Under the pieces are notes generated by a model, which did no database searches, had not been told where the DNA came from, and saw only the letters and a program-made list of their open reading frames with translations. A stretch of 64,000 nt of DNA, from the NCBI GenBank assembly GCA_945935525.1, contig CAMERI010000001.1:227548-291547 (forward strand). The letters run 5' to 3'. The translations under genes and the position numbers were made by a program. Of this stretch, positions 39,986-50,299 are shown one piece after another. The stretch is from an uncultured bacterium. Its GTDB lineage: Bacteria; Bacillota_I; Bacilli_A; RF39; UBA660. Numbering within the stretch: position 1 is the stretch's first letter; each line of letters starts with the position of its first letter.

Positions 39986-42178
39986 TTAACTTTTTCCATC
40001 CTTCTTCTCATCTTTAATCTCTTCTTTATACTTTGGTTCAAGTCCTACTACTAGTTTAGTACCTTTGCTAAGCACCTCACCTATCTTTATAGAACTTGTT
40101 TTAGCATATCCATATCCTTCAAAAGAAACATCTATTCCAGTAAGACTAGCAAATGTAGTTACATCACTCCTACTCCAGTCTTTTATATTTATCATTTTAT
40201 AATTAGTATCATTTGTTACTAAGAATATTTTATTTCCTGCATTTAATTTAGTATTAGCACTAGGATATTGTTTTATTATTTTAGTTCCTTCTCCTATAAC
40301 TATGGGTTTCATAGAAGATGCTTCTAAATTCGTTTTAACTATATTAGTATCTAAGTTTATATAACTCTTTGTAGTATATGTACCAGTTTCTTCTACTTCT
40401 TTATTTCCTACTATATTTAAGTAAGTTCCAGCATCTTTTATTAATCCTTTAACAGCGTTCTTTAAGTATTTAGCATCAGTTACTTTACTAACAGCAGCAT
40501 ATATTATTATCTCTGGGTCATCTCCTGGAAATAAAGCAGCAAAACTTCTTATATAGTTTCTGTTTCCCTTTAAGTATCCACCACTCCTAGAAGCAATTTG
40601 AGCTGTACCTGTTTTACCTATAACGTCATATCCAGGTACATTATATCCACCACCAGTAGATATCTTACATCCATCTTGTACAACTCCACGCATTATATCT
40701 TTAATCTTTGTTACTGTTTCAGTACTAGCTACCTTAGCTACCTCAGTCCTTTTATTTTCAAGAACTATTTCACCAGTTTCACCACTAACTATTTTAGATA
40801 CCAAATATGGTTTAATCATAACTCCATCATTAGCTATACTAGTAAGAGCCTGTACCATTTGAATAGCACTAACTGTCATACCTTGACCATAAGATGCAGC
40901 AGCAACTTCAGTATTATATCTAAAATTAACTGTACCTTTACTCTCATTAGGAAGTGAAATACCAGTTTTCTTACCAAAACCAAGCGAAGTATAATAATCT
41001 TTTAACTTAGCTCTACCAAGATCCATAGCCAAGTTAACAGCAGCTATATTCGAAGAAGCCATAAATCCTTCATCAAATGTAATCATACCCCATCCTCTAT
41101 TATTCCAATCTTTAATATTAGCTTCATCTATTTTAATAGTTCCACTCTTATATTTTTTACTTCCATCATATATTCCATTTTCCATAGCTGCCATAAAACT
41201 AAATATTTTCATTGTTGAACCCGGTTCATACTCATAAGCAACAAATGGATCATAATATGATTTAATTTCTAAAGTATTGTTATTAAAACTAGGACTTGAT
41301 GCAACACTTAATATTTCACCAGTCTTAGCATTTACTACAGATATAGTAGCCCATTCAGGTTTACCTTCTTCTAAAGTATTCATTGCTTGTTCAGTGAACA
41401 TCTGAATATTATCATCTATTGTTAAATATAAATCATCCCCACTAATACTTTTTTTCTCTACAGCTGGTGTAGTTGTTATTTGATATCCATATAAATCAGA
41501 TTGATATTGTTTATAACCATCAGTACCAGTAAGTTCATCATTATAATAAAGTTCTAATCCCATTTCACCAACATACTGGTTATTATCATTATTTTTAGCA
41601 TACCCAAGAGTATATGACAAGAAGTCTCCATTAGGATAATATCTCTTAGTACTAGCAATAAAGTCAATACCTGGTAAATCCAAGTCTTCTATTTGATCTT
41701 TTAATAACTCTGTAATGCCACGACCACCAGGACCTAATTCTACTTGATATGGTACTTTTTCTATACATTCAGTATTATCTTCATTACAAGATTTGATCTT
41801 AGTATTTAATAAAGATAAAATTCTTTCTTTAGTCATATTTATTAAAGGACTTAAAAGTTCAGCAGTTTTTTCTTTATCTACAACATGATATGGTCTTTTT
41901 TCATCCTTTGTTCTACTTGGATCTAAATAAGCTATTACTGTATAACTATTTACATCTTTTGCTAAAACTTCTCCTTTAGCAGAATAAATAGTACCACGTT
42001 TAGCAGTTAAAGTCTTTTTTCTTGTGTCACGATTACTAGCAAACTCAGCAAGTGGTTTATCATCTACTTTAACATTTCCAAGTCCTATCCATAACAATTT
42101 AAAAATTATTGCAGCAAAAATAAAAACAACAATAATTATGAATACTGCATTTATCTTAATTACTCTTGTTTTCTTCAT
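39986..42178 (-). CDS. pbpB: Class B penicillin-binding protein (PBP2B/FtsI-like transpeptidase)
   Basis: N-terminal TM, dimerisation domain, 'EPGSTMK', 'SSN' and 'KTGT' motifs, C-terminal PASTA-like region. Confidence 0.8.
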   Translation of the reverse strand: MKKTRVIKINAVFIIIVVFIFAAIIFKLLWIGLGNVKVDDKPLAEFASNRDTRKKTLTAKRGTIYSAKGEVLAKDVNSYTVIAYLDPSRTKDEKRPYHVVDKEKTAELLSPLINMTKERILSLLNTKIKSCNEDNTECIEKVPYQVELGPGGRGITELLKDQIEDLDLPGIDFIASTKRYYPNGDFLSYTLGYAKNNDNNQYVGEMGLELYYNDELTGTDGYKQYQSDLYGYQITTTPAVEKKSISGDDLYLTIDDNIQMFTEQAMNTLEEGKPEWATISVVNAKTGEILSVASSPSFNNNTLEIKSYYDPFVAYEYEPGSTMKIFSFMAAMENGIYDGSKKYKSGTIKIDEANIKDWNNRGWGMITFDEGFMASSNIAAVNLAMDLGRAKLKDYYTSLGFGKKTGISLPNESKGTVNFRYNTEVAAASYGQGMTVSAIQMVQALTSIANDGVMIKPYLVSKIVSGETGEIVLENKRTEVAKVASTETVTKIKDIMRGVVQDGCKISTGGGYNVPGYDVIGKTGTAQIASRSGGYLKGNRNYIRSFAALFPGDDPEIIIYAAVSKVTDAKYLKNAVKGLIKDAGTYLNIVGNKEVEETGTYTTKSYINLDTNIVKTNLEASSMKPIVIGEGTKIIKQYPSANTKLNAGNKIFLVTNDTNYKMINIKDWSRSDVTTFASLTGIDVSFEGYGYAKTSSIKIGEVLSKGTKLVVGLEPKYKEEIKDEKKDGKS

Positions 42179-42187
42179 ATGCCACCT

Positions 42188-42475
42188 CTACTTTGAAATT
42201 ACTCTAATATTACTATTATTATACTTCAAATCATTGGCATCCGCAACTTCTAAAGCATTATCTAAAGATGCAAGTTCATTTATTTTCATTTGCATACTTG
42301 AATTTAACTTTTGTTGACTTTCTACTTTACTTTTTAATCTTTGAAGTTCAGAGTTACTTGATTGTACTTTTGCACTCATAACAAAAGTTGATAGTAAAAA
42401 TCCAATGAAGAAAATTACTGTCAATGATTTAAGTAACCCTTCCCCCTTAGTTTTTACATATCTTTTTTGTTTCAT
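42188..42475 (-). CDS. ftsL: Cell division protein FtsL
   Basis: 95 aa with a single TM and a coiled coil, between rsmH and pbpB. Confidence 0.6.
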   Translation of the reverse strand: MKQKRYVKTKGEGLLKSLTVIFFIGFLLSTFVMSAKVQSSNSELQRLKSKVESQQKLNSSMQMKINELASLDNALEVADANDLKYNNSNIRVISK

Positions 42476-43378
42476 TTACCTTATCCTTTCAATTACTCTT
42501 AATTTAGAACTTCTACTTCTATTGTTATCATCTAGTTCATCAGTACTAGGTGTTAATTTCACTATTTTTTTAGCTCTTGCACTTAATTCAACTGGAACAA
42601 CTGGAAGCTTCTTAGTACTAGGATCATCACTACATAATTCTTTGAAAACTTTTGAAACTATTTTATCCTCCAAAGAATGAAATGAAATTACTTCAAGTCT
42701 ACCACCAATTTTTAATAAATCAAATGCATCTCTTAAAGAACTTTCTAATATGTCAAGTTCATGATTAACTTCTATTCTAATAGCTTGGAATGTCTTTCTA
42801 GCTGGATGACTTTTATTTCTATAACTAATTGGTACACTATTTTTAATTATTTCTGCAAGTTCTAGTGTTGTTTCAATTGGTCTTGCATCTATAATTGCTT
42901 TTGCAATACTTTTAGCATATTTTTCTTCACCAAACTTAAATAGAATTTCTACTAATTTTTGATAGTTATACTCGTTTACTACTATCTTAGCATTTAATGG
43001 ATTACTTTTATCCATTCTCATATCAAGAGGAGCATCTTTATGAAAACTAAATCCTCTTTCTGCCTCATCTAATTGAGGACTTGAAACCCCTAAATCAAAG
43101 ATAATTCCATCTACATTTTCATTAATATATTTTTTCATATTAACAAAGTTACTTTTAAATATTGTAAAGTTATCACTAATAGCACTTAATCTTTTAGTTG
43201 AATACTCTATTGCTTCATCATCTTGATCAAAGGCGAAAAGAACCCCTTCTTTTCCAATTTTCTTTAATATTACACTTGAATGTCCTGCATATCCTACAGT
43301 AGCATCCACATATATTCCACCCTGTTTAACATTTAAATAATTTATTACCTCTTCTAACAATACACTTTTATGCTTCAT
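42476..43378 (-). CDS. rsmH: 16S rRNA (cytosine1402-N4)-methyltransferase RsmH
   Basis: 'GGIYVDATVGYAGHS' SAM-binding N-terminus and RsmH-like length. Confidence 0.85.
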   Translation of the reverse strand: MKHKSVLLEEVINYLNVKQGGIYVDATVGYAGHSSVILKKIGKEGVLFAFDQDDEAIEYSTKRLSAISDNFTIFKSNFVNMKKYINENVDGIIFDLGVSSPQLDEAERGFSFHKDAPLDMRMDKSNPLNAKIVVNEYNYQKLVEILFKFGEEKYAKSIAKAIIDARPIETTLELAEIIKNSVPISYRNKSHPARKTFQAIRIEVNHELDILESSLRDAFDLLKIGGRLEVISFHSLEDKIVSKVFKELCSDDPSTKKLPVVPVELSARAKKIVKLTPSTDELDDNNRSRSSKLRVIERIR

Positions 43379-43805
43379 AATTTGCTTCGAAGATATCTTC
43401 TGCTATTTCATCAAGATTTTCTTCATTCTCTTTCATATAATTATTAAATTCATCAAGACTCCATATTTCTAGTCGTTCATTTACGCCAATAATTACACAT
43501 TCTTTATTAATATTGGCGTAATGAACTAACGGTGAGGTAATATTAATTCGACCTTGTTTATCGAATTCAATTAAAGAAGCTCCACCAATGAAAGATCTTT
43601 CAAAAGCTCTTACATTCTTTTTAGTAAATTGTAGGTTACTTACTTTTTGCACTATCTTATTCCATTCATTTTCAGAATAGATAAATAAGCACTTATCTAG
43701 CCCTTTAGTGATAATAGCTTTTTCTCCAAGCTCATTTCTAAACTTACTTGGAATGATTAATCTACTTTTTTCATCAAGGTTATGATGAAATTCACCCATA
43801 AGCAT
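43368..43805 (-). CDS. mraZ: Transcriptional regulator MraZ
   Basis: 'MLMGEFHHNLDEKSRLIIPSKFR' and the duplicated MraZ fold. The true start is probably the ATG at 43805, not the GTG at 43820. Confidence 0.8.
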   Translation of the reverse strand: MLMGEFHHNLDEKSRLIIPSKFRNELGEKAIITKGLDKCLFIYSENEWNKIVQKVSNLQFTKKNVRAFERSFIGGASLIEFDKQGRINITSPLVHYANINKECVIIGVNERLEIWSLDEFNNYMKENEENLDEIAEDIFEANYEA

Positions 43806-43814
43806 TTCAAAGCA

Positions 43815-43862
43815 CCCCACTTTCTACCACTTTGTTTCACTTCCTACCACTATATTACTATT
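43815..43862 (-). promoter_or_regulatory. Putative MraZ operator: four direct AGTG(G/A) repeats with 10-bp periodicity
   Basis: Minus strand reads atAGTGGtaggaAGTGAaacaaAGTGGtagaaAGTGGggtgc, immediately upstream of mraZ. Confidence 0.45.
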
Positions 43863-43969
43863 TTTGTTTGCTTTTGTAAATACCTTTTAAAAAATAGTTT
43901 GTAAAATTATTGTCAAATTAAAAAAGAACTATTGATAGTTCTCTTTAAAAAATATATAATCTATGATTT

Positions 43970-44422
43970 TTATAATTCTATTTTATATCCTTTAGGTACT
44001 TCTTTGAATTCAGGTTCACCTAGGTACATATCAATCATATAGTATGTTTTAGTATTAAAGTTATAACCTACTGATGTCATATTAGAATAATTTCTAAATA
44101 CATCTTCTAGTTCAAATGAAATACCATTATTAGTAAGAATATCACATACCATATCTAAACTAGATGGTACTGTCTTAAGAGACTTAAATACTTCAGCCTT
44201 TTCTATCTCACTTTTTCTTTCATTAACTATATTTATAAATTTATCAAGTTCTATTACTCCACTTTCAAATGCAGCTATATGCATAAGTATACTAGATTCT
44301 TTTAAATGTAAAAGTACAGCAATACAAGTAGTAAGATCTCTTGTGTATCCTAGTGGATTTTCTTTAGTTAATTCTTTTGCTTCATCCAAACCTACAACAT
44401 ATTTATCCATATTATTCCTCAT
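43970..44422 (-). CDS. Hypothetical protein
   Basis: 150-aa ORF that overlaps the downstream ABC gene by 11 nt. Confidence 0.35.
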   Translation of the reverse strand: MRNNMDKYVVGLDEAKELTKENPLGYTRDLTTCIAVLLHLKESSILMHIAAFESGVIELDKFINIVNERKSEIEKAEVFKSLKTVPSSLDMVCDILTNNGISFELEDVFRNYSNMTSVGYNFNTKTYYMIDMYLGEPEFKEVPKGYKIEL

Positions 44423-46181
44423 TCAAATCAAATTGACTACTATATAGTTCATAATAGTAACCCTTATTTTTAAGTAATTCTTTATGTGTACCAGTTTCAA
44501 GTATTTGACCATTCTTTATAACAACTATCTTATCACTTTCAACTATAGTTGAAAGTCTATGAGCTATAACTATAGAAGTTCTATTCTTCATTAAACTATT
44601 CATAGAATGATTTATTAAATATTCAAGACGTGTATCAACATTAGATGTTGCTTCATCAAGTATAAGTATCTCTGGATCTTGAACTAAAGCACGAGCAATC
44701 GTAAGTAATTGTTTTTCACCAGCAGACATATTATTAGTTTCTTCATTTATTTCATAATCAAGTCCATTCGGAAGTCCTTCTATCATATGAAGTATCTTAG
44801 ATTTAGAAAGTGCTTTACTTAACTTTTCATCACTAATTCTTCTATCAAAAACTATATTTTCTTTAATAGTTCCTTCAAATAACCAAGTATCTTGAAGAAC
44901 CATACTTATTAGTTTTCTATATGAAGTTTTATCTATATCTCTAATATCTACTCCATCAATTAATATTTGACCAGTATAATGAGCATGAAAATTCATAAGA
45001 AGATTTACTATTGTAGTTTTACCTGCCCCTGTCTTACCAACTAACGCAATCTTTTCACCTTTATTAATTTTAAGATTAAAATTCTTAAGAACTGTTTTAC
45101 CTTCAACATAACTAAATGTTACATCTTTAAATTCAATTGAATCATTAAAAGTAAATTCTTTTATTTTACCATTAGTTTCTTCTTCTAAATCAAGTATTTC
45201 ATATATTCTATCAACACTTGCAATAGCCATTTGTAAATTACTTATTACTTGAGCTACTACATTCATAGGTCTATTAAAATCCTTCATATATTGTATAAAT
45301 GATTGAATAGCTCCAAGTCTCATATGTCCTTTAATAACACTAATACTACCAACACAAACAATAATTATATAGTTTAAGTTTCCAATAGCTTTATTAAAAG
45401 GAACTGCAAGACTACTATAAAAACTACTCTTAAATCCATATTCTGATAGTGTTTTACTCTCTTTATCAAACTTCTTATTAAAATATTTTTCTTTATTAAA
45501 TGACTTTATTACATCACTATTAGTAACACTCTCTTCTACAAAAGAGTTAACGTTTCCTATAGCTTTTTGATTAAGTTCAAAGTAATTTTGTGTCTTACGA
45601 ACTACAAATGATAGTAAGAAATATGTAAGAGGAATTGCAATTATCGTAAGAGATGCAAGTTTAACATCAAGTATAAACATCATTATAACAACACCTATTA
45701 TTAACGAAATATTATATACAAGTTCAGGTATTATTTCAGTAATATTATCAGTAAGTCTTTCTACATCATTAGTTATTTTACTAATAATATCACCTTTCTT
45801 CATACTATCAAGTTTTCTTAATTTAGTAACATTAATTTTATTAATAAGTTTGCGTCTTAAGTCATATCCAATTTCTTGACCAAGCTTTGAAGACATATAA
45901 CTTTTAAAATAAGTACATACAGCATCTATAATATAACAAGATAAAACTATCATTAGAACTTTTACTATATAAATGTAATTAAACGCAGTACCATTTTTAA
46001 TTGAATCATATAAGCTATCTGTGGCATACCCTAAAAAATATGGAGCTAAAGCACTAAATAAAGCAGCAAGTAAGCAGAACAATATTATAAGTATATAGTG
46101 ATTTTTATAGTCTTTAATTATCTTAAATGTTTTACTAACCATCTCACTAAAAGTAGGAGCTTTATTATTTTTCTTTTTCAT
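44412..46181 (-). CDS. ABC exporter, fused permease/ATPase subunit
   Basis: Six TM segments followed by an NBD (Walker A GKTGAGKTT, signature MSAGEKQ, Walker B ILILDEAT). Confidence 0.8.
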   Translation of the reverse strand: MKKKNNKAPTFSEMVSKTFKIIKDYKNHYILIILFCLLAALFSALAPYFLGYATDSLYDSIKNGTAFNYIYIVKVLMIVLSCYIIDAVCTYFKSYMSSKLGQEIGYDLRRKLINKINVTKLRKLDSMKKGDIISKITNDVERLTDNITEIIPELVYNISLIIGVVIMMFILDVKLASLTIIAIPLTYFLLSFVVRKTQNYFELNQKAIGNVNSFVEESVTNSDVIKSFNKEKYFNKKFDKESKTLSEYGFKSSFYSSLAVPFNKAIGNLNYIIIVCVGSISVIKGHMRLGAIQSFIQYMKDFNRPMNVVAQVISNLQMAIASVDRIYEILDLEEETNGKIKEFTFNDSIEFKDVTFSYVEGKTVLKNFNLKINKGEKIALVGKTGAGKTTIVNLLMNFHAHYTGQILIDGVDIRDIDKTSYRKLISMVLQDTWLFEGTIKENIVFDRRISDEKLSKALSKSKILHMIEGLPNGLDYEINEETNNMSAGEKQLLTIARALVQDPEILILDEATSNVDTRLEYLINHSMNSLMKNRTSIVIAHRLSTIVESDKIVVIKNGQILETGTHKELLKNKGYYYELYSSQFDLNEE

Positions 46182-47891
46182 CTATGCCACCTCCCTTTTT
46201 TGAGAATCAATAAATTCTTTAAATACTTTACTAGAGTTTTCAAGAGTTTCATAGTTACCAATAGATTCAATCCTTCCTTCATCTATTACTATTATCTTGT
46301 CAGCTTCTTTTATTGTTCCAACTCTTTGAGTAACAAGTATAACCATTTTATCACTATAATTTTTATTTATTGAACTTCTTATTCTTTTATCAGTTATATA
46401 ATCTACTGCACTAAATGAATCATCAAAAAGTAAACATTCACCACCACTTAACAATGCACGAGCAATAGACATTCTTTGTTTTTGACCACCACTTAAATTA
46501 GCAGCAGCTTGTTCAATCTTAAATTCATATCCTTCACTATTATTATCAATAAAGTCTTTTATAGCAGCTTCATCTAATGCATTATCAAGAACATTATTTG
46601 CAAGATTCTTATCAAATGTTAAATTTTCACGAATAGACCCTTTAAATAATAAAGTCTTTTGAGGAGTGTATGCAAATATATTTCTAAGTGATTCTATATC
46701 ATACTCTTTAATATCAATACCATTTATTAGTATTTCACCGCTAGTCGCATCAATATGTCTTAAAAGCAAATTCACTATAGTAGTTTTACCACTACCAGAA
46801 CTACCTATAATACCAACATTCTCTCCTTTTTCTATTCTAAATGATATATTTTTAAGCATATCTTCATGTGCTTTATCATATCTAAAAAATACATTTTTAA
46901 ATTCAATACTTTCTAAACTATTAAGTTTAATTCTACCAGTATTACTAATACTAGGTTCTACACTTAATATTTCATTAATTCTCTTAAATGATACTACTAC
47001 TCTTGGTATATTTAAAATTATAACAAGCAGCATCATAAAACTTAATAATACTGTAGACATATATTGAATAAATGCCATCATAGAACCAATTTCAAGAGTA
47101 CCAAGACTTAAATAATCACAAGATACATAAACTATAACAATCGTAGCAATATTTATTATTAAAGACATCATAGGTTCTACTAAATATAAAACTTTATTTA
47201 AGAATATATTTAATTTTTTATTTTCAGTATTTACTTTATCAAATCTCTTTTTAAAGTAATCTTGTTTATTAAATGCTTTTATTACCCTTAACCCTGATAA
47301 GATCTCTCTAGTAGATGCGTTTAATTTATCAAGTAGTTTTTGTAATACTTCAAACTTAGGAAACACAAGCATAAATATAGTAGTAAGCCCAAGAACTAAT
47401 ATACATACTGCAATTATTACTATTGGTGCTAAACTAGGAGCAGTTTTATACCCCATTATAGCAGCACCTATTCCCATTATTGGAGCGAATACTATAAGTC
47501 TAAGTCCAAAACTAAATGTACTTGTTATATTACTAACATTATTAGTACTTCTTGTTATTAAAGTTGAAGCTCCAAACTCATCTATTTCTTTTTTACTAAA
47601 AGATGTAATCTTTGAATATAATGCTTTTCTAATTTTATAACCATAATTATTAGAAAACTTAGCTGTACTATAAACAACCATAGTATGTGATATTAAACAC
47701 ACAATTGTTGTAATAAGCATAACTATGGCTTCTTTAGTTATAAATACTTTATCAGAATTAGCTATACCTATGTCTACTATATTACTCATTATATTAGGTA
47801 AATAAAGTTCACAAAATACTTGAATAATACAAAATACTAACATAATAAATATATATTTCTTTAAATCCCCTATCAATTTAAATATTTTCAT
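46182..47891 (-). CDS. ABC exporter, fused permease/ATPase subunit (heterodimer partner)
   Basis: TMD followed by an NBD (GSSGSGKTT, LSGGQKQR, LLFDDSFSAVD); abuts the partner gene. Confidence 0.8.
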   Translation of the reverse strand: MKIFKLIGDLKKYIFIMLVFCIIQVFCELYLPNIMSNIVDIGIANSDKVFITKEAIVMLITTIVCLISHTMVVYSTAKFSNNYGYKIRKALYSKITSFSKKEIDEFGASTLITRSTNNVSNITSTFSFGLRLIVFAPIMGIGAAIMGYKTAPSLAPIVIIAVCILVLGLTTIFMLVFPKFEVLQKLLDKLNASTREILSGLRVIKAFNKQDYFKKRFDKVNTENKKLNIFLNKVLYLVEPMMSLIINIATIVIVYVSCDYLSLGTLEIGSMMAFIQYMSTVLLSFMMLLVIILNIPRVVVSFKRINEILSVEPSISNTGRIKLNSLESIEFKNVFFRYDKAHEDMLKNISFRIEKGENVGIIGSSGSGKTTIVNLLLRHIDATSGEILINGIDIKEYDIESLRNIFAYTPQKTLLFKGSIRENLTFDKNLANNVLDNALDEAAIKDFIDNNSEGYEFKIEQAAANLSGGQKQRMSIARALLSGGECLLFDDSFSAVDYITDKRIRSSINKNYSDKMVILVTQRVGTIKEADKIIVIDEGRIESIGNYETLENSSKVFKEFIDSQKREVA

Positions 47892-47903
47892 CTTTTTTCC
47901 TTT

Positions 47904-48986
47904 CTATAAAATCATATTAATTATTTCATTCATAACATATATTTTATCTTCAGGTATATATATTTTATCTCCATTCATTATAAGATATTTACGTTTAATT
48001 GCTTCATCTAACTTAAACACATCAAAAATATCTTTTTTAAATCTATTATTAAATTCACTAATACTTATACCATCTAACTTACGAAGTCCTAGTATTACTT
48101 CATTTTCCATTTCTTCTTGAGTAGATACAAGTAATTCATTAAGTCTATATTTTCCTTTTAAATATTTATTAAAGTTACGAGTATTTTCATATCGCATTTC
48201 ATTTATATATCCATGAGCTCCAAGTCCAAAACCATAGTATTCATTATTATCCCAATATATTAAATTATGTTTACTTTCATAACCAGGTAATGAGAAATTA
48301 CTAACTTCATAATGATGAAAACCACGTTTCTTTAACTTCTTACATATGTATTTATACATTTTATAATCAAGTAACTCATCTATAGATTTAGTACCATTAT
48401 TATATAACATAGTATGTTCTTCTATAATTAATGAATATGTGCTTACATGAGTAATACCAAGTTTTAACATAGTATTTAAATCACTCTTAAGAGTAAATAA
48501 ACTCTCATCAGGAAGAGCATATATTAAGTCTACATTAATATTATTAAAACCAAGTCTTTTACATAAATTAATTTTCTCAAACACTTCTTTTTTAGTATGA
48601 CTTCTATTCATTAATTTAAGATTTCTTTTATTAAAACTCTCTACTCCTATACTAAGTCTATTTACATTATTTCCTTTAAGTATAATAAGTAATTCTTCTG
48701 TTATATCATTAATATTACATTCAAAAGTAATTTCAGCATCCTCTATTCTTCTTATATGACTAATAATTTCAAATAATTTATTTAAATTACTAGTACTAAG
48801 ACTGGATGGAGTACCACCACCTATATAAATACTTTTTACTTTATCTCCTTCATAATATTCCTGAATTTCTTGATTTAAAAAATCTAAATAAGTATTAGCC
48901 CACTCCTCATTATATAAGAATTTACAAAAGTCACAATAACTACATATATTCTTACAAAAAGGAATATGTATATATACGCCTCTCAT
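47904..48986 (-). CDS. hemW: Radical SAM protein HemW (coproporphyrinogen III oxidase-like haem chaperone)
   Basis: 'GVYIHIPFCKNICSYCDFCK' CxxxCxxC motif and HemN-like C-domain. Confidence 0.75.
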   Translation of the reverse strand: MRGVYIHIPFCKNICSYCDFCKFLYNEEWANTYLDFLNQEIQEYYEGDKVKSIYIGGGTPSSLSTSNLNKLFEIISHIRRIEDAEITFECNINDITEELLIILKGNNVNRLSIGVESFNKRNLKLMNRSHTKKEVFEKINLCKRLGFNNINVDLIYALPDESLFTLKSDLNTMLKLGITHVSTYSLIIEEHTMLYNNGTKSIDELLDYKMYKYICKKLKKRGFHHYEVSNFSLPGYESKHNLIYWDNNEYYGFGLGAHGYINEMRYENTRNFNKYLKGKYRLNELLVSTQEEMENEVILGLRKLDGISISEFNNRFKKDIFDVFKLDEAIKRKYLIMNGDKIYIPEDKIYVMNEIINMIL

Positions 48987-48997
48987 ATTATTACCTC

Positions 48998-49034
48998 AAT
49001 ACAATTATAATATAAAAAAAAGATAATCACAAGA
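48998..49034 (-). terminator. Rho-independent terminator
   Basis: aagataatc-acaa-gattatctt hairpin followed on the minus strand by T8. Confidence 0.5.
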
Positions 49035-50243
49035 TTATCTTCTTAAAGTCATACCTCCACTTGTTGGTTGACTTTCCTCTATTAAATTTCTTCTATAACT
49101 TATTAAATAGCTTATTCTCTTTTCAACATCTTCTTTTTGACTAATAATTGAGTCAACTGTTTTTTTACTAGCACCATCAGCTATTGATTTAATATATAGT
49201 CTTTCAAGTCTAGTTTTTTCATTCATTAAGTTTTGAATTTCATTATCAAGTGAGTCAACTGTAACAGCTAAATCAATGTTTCTAGATGTTCTATTATTTT
49301 GAACAACAGGTTTATTTGTAACTAATGATTTACGTCTAATATTTAATTCATTATATTCAGTTGCCACTCTTTGTGCTTTTCTAAGAACAGTATTTAATTC
49401 TGTTTGTGATGCACCATTAGCTTTTAAACTATTATATTGTCTTTTAAGTCTATTATGTTCATCTTTTAATAAAGCCATATTTGTATCTATTTCTTTAATA
49501 ATTCTTTCATTATGACTAATAGTATTTTCTTTTCTAGTATTAGTAGCAGTTCTTTCTGTTACTACAGGTGTTGAAGTTTTAGTTTGTTTACTTTTTAATT
49601 CTTTACTTTGTTTTTCTAAATCATTATATTCATCAACAAGTTCATTTATTCTTAAAGCAACTTTTCTCTTTTCACTAGAATTTTCTAAAGAATTATATTT
49701 TTTTATTAAACTATTATACTCACTTCTAACAGAACTAATTCTTTCAGATAATTCGGTTTCTGTATAAGTTTTATCTTTAGAAAGATTTTCTTTAGATTCA
49801 GCCTTTTTATTTTTTCTTTCTTCAAGCATTTTATCTTTTTCAGTTTTAACGTTTTCTTTAGTCTTATTAAACCAGTTAGATATTTTATTAAGTTTATTTT
49901 TAATTTTCTCCTTAGATGATTCATTTTTAGCTTCTTGACGTTTCCATTCATTTAAGAAATATTTACCGTTATTTTTTAATGACTTAATTGGATGAAATAA
50001 ACTAATTAATTTTGAATTTAAAATCATAACAATAGGATGAATTATATTATAAACCGGTATAAATATTTTAATTATATTTTTAGCAAAGAATGCAATTTTA
50101 GCATCTTTAGATTTCTTTTTAAATTTCTCGTAATAATCTTTATCCTCAGTTTTAGCATACCATAAAGCAAGTAAACTATTTGTTGTATTAACAATACTAC
50201 TAGCAACAATTCCCCAAATATATAATGCAAGAATCCATGACAT
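49035..50243 (-). CDS. Membrane-anchored coiled-coil protein with three internal repeats of about 60 aa
   Basis: N-terminal TM helices, then a Lys/Glu-rich coiled coil with recurring '...EYN(S/E)L...' modules. Confidence 0.45.
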   Translation of the reverse strand: MSWILALYIWGIVASSIVNTTNSLLALWYAKTEDKDYYEKFKKKSKDAKIAFFAKNIIKIFIPVYNIIHPIVMILNSKLISLFHPIKSLKNNGKYFLNEWKRQEAKNESSKEKIKNKLNKISNWFNKTKENVKTEKDKMLEERKNKKAESKENLSKDKTYTETELSERISSVRSEYNSLIKKYNSLENSSEKRKVALRINELVDEYNDLEKQSKELKSKQTKTSTPVVTERTATNTRKENTISHNERIIKEIDTNMALLKDEHNRLKRQYNSLKANGASQTELNTVLRKAQRVATEYNELNIRRKSLVTNKPVVQNNRTSRNIDLAVTVDSLDNEIQNLMNEKTRLERLYIKSIADGASKKTVDSIISQKEDVEKRISYLISYRRNLIEESQPTSGGMTLRR

Positions 50244-50299
50244 ATCAATTCCCCCTTAATAATGTACATATTATATCACATTTGATACAATATGTCAAT

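Noticed and set aside
40598-40957. 119-aa ORF inside pbpB on the opposite strand
   Set aside because: It is antisense to a conserved PBP gene.
42024-42680. Two plus-strand ORFs across ftsL/rsmH
   Set aside because: They are antisense to conserved dcw genes.
46098-47067. Plus-strand ORFs within the ABC exporter genes
   Set aside because: They are antisense to conserved ABC transporter genes.
49706-50269. Two small ORFs (81 and 65 aa) within or next to the coiled-coil protein gene
   Set aside because: One is an alternative frame of Lys-rich repetitive DNA and the other overlaps the start of the 402-aa ORF.
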